Below are positions 63,148 through 64,000 of a DNA stretch of 64,000 nucleotides, in pieces; within the stretch, counting starts at the first letter, position 1, and each line of letters begins with the position of its first letter. Below the pieces are notes generated by a model. It was not told where the DNA came from and searched no databases. It saw only the letters and a list, made by a program, of their open reading frames with translations. The stretch is from Chiloscyllium plagiosum (lineage: Eukaryota), in the NCBI RefSeq assembly GCF_004010195.1, contig NC_057713.1:102416124-102480123 (forward strand), given 5' to 3'. The position numbers were made by a program, and so were the translations under genes.

Positions 63148-63470
63148 TCATTCATAGGACATGGTGTTGCTGGTTAGGCCAGTATTTGTTGTCCATCCCT
63201 AATTACCCCGAAGCAGTTGAGTGCCAACTACATGGCTGGGAGTCTGCAGTCACATGTAGGTCAGACCAGGTAAGGAAGGCAGCCTCCCTCTCTAAAAGAC
63301 ATTAGTGAACTAGCTGGGTTTTTCCTGACAACTGGTCATCATTCGACTTTCAGATTTTTATTGAATTGAAATTCCATCATCTACCATGGCAAGATTCAAA
63401 CCCAGGTGGGCAGAACATTATCTTGGTCTCTAAATTAACAGCCCAGTGATAATAAGCCATCACTTGCCCA
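63148..63470 (-). mobile_element. tRNA-derived SINE (SacSINE1/Deu-SINE-like)
   Basis: Third copy of the 28922 family. Confidence 0.7.
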
Positions 63471-64000
63471 TGTATTGATGCTTTTTAATGCTGTGCTCAT
63501 GCTTTTTCTACTGTTGCCCCATCAAGCAACTCACAGAGTGGTGTACTCTCAAAATATGAACAAAAACTTTAAAGCACTTCTCCTGTCTTTTCTGTCTCGG
63601 AGAGGAGTTTGTATTTGGTGGAATGAATATTAGGTTCTATACTTCCTGCCACGTACTAATTCTGGCAAGACTGTAATAACACCTGTTAATATCATTGACC
63701 GAGTTGCAAGAAATAAAGACAGTATAATTATTTTCTCTTATTGTTTTGAACAGACCTATTTACTCCACCACATTTACAAACAGAACATGCCTTCAGTTGC
63801 ACCTGTAACTAAGACCCTTTGTAAAAATAAAAGTATGCCAAATGCTCAAAACCACTTTGTTTTAGGATTACCACTGATCAGTGAAAGTTTTACTTGCCTA
63901 TACCCCCCAGAACCTCCTCTTCCTCATATGCTCCCCTCTGCACACTCACATACCCAATATTAGCCAGGTCCCTGAACAGCCCTGTTGCTAAATTCACCTA

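Overview
Vertebrate genomic DNA, very likely from a shark (elasmobranch HE1-type V-SINEs, abundant CR1 LINEs, Penelope-like elements), with one assembly gap at 908-1432. It holds the BBS9 - NT5C3A - FKBP9 syntenic block: the 5' end of BBS9 (minus strand, exons 1-3), a complete 9-exon NT5C3A (plus strand, 331 aa) and the last coding exon of FKBP9 (minus strand, ending in HDEL). Between the divergent BBS9 and NT5C3A promoters, where human has RP9, there is a 5.7-kb defective gamma/epsilon-like endogenous retrovirus: LTRs, tRNA-Pro PBS, gag, an amber readthrough signal, a protease fused in frame to the integrase tail, env and a PPT. The most notable observations are: (1) a population of short, TSD-flanked, often fold-back Penelope-derived elements carrying minimal hammerhead-ribozyme cores, often one on each strand; (2) a second, diverged capsid-CTD coding segment in the ERV leader; (3) a candidate internal TATA/CCAAT/GATA promoter with alternative N-terminal exons in NT5C3A intron 1; (4) NT5C3B-like substrate-pocket residues in this NT5C3A; (5) a 91-bp inverted duplication bracketing the BBS9 promoter. 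All calls were made by eye from the sequence and from recalled family knowledge; no searches were run, and repeat boundaries are approximate.
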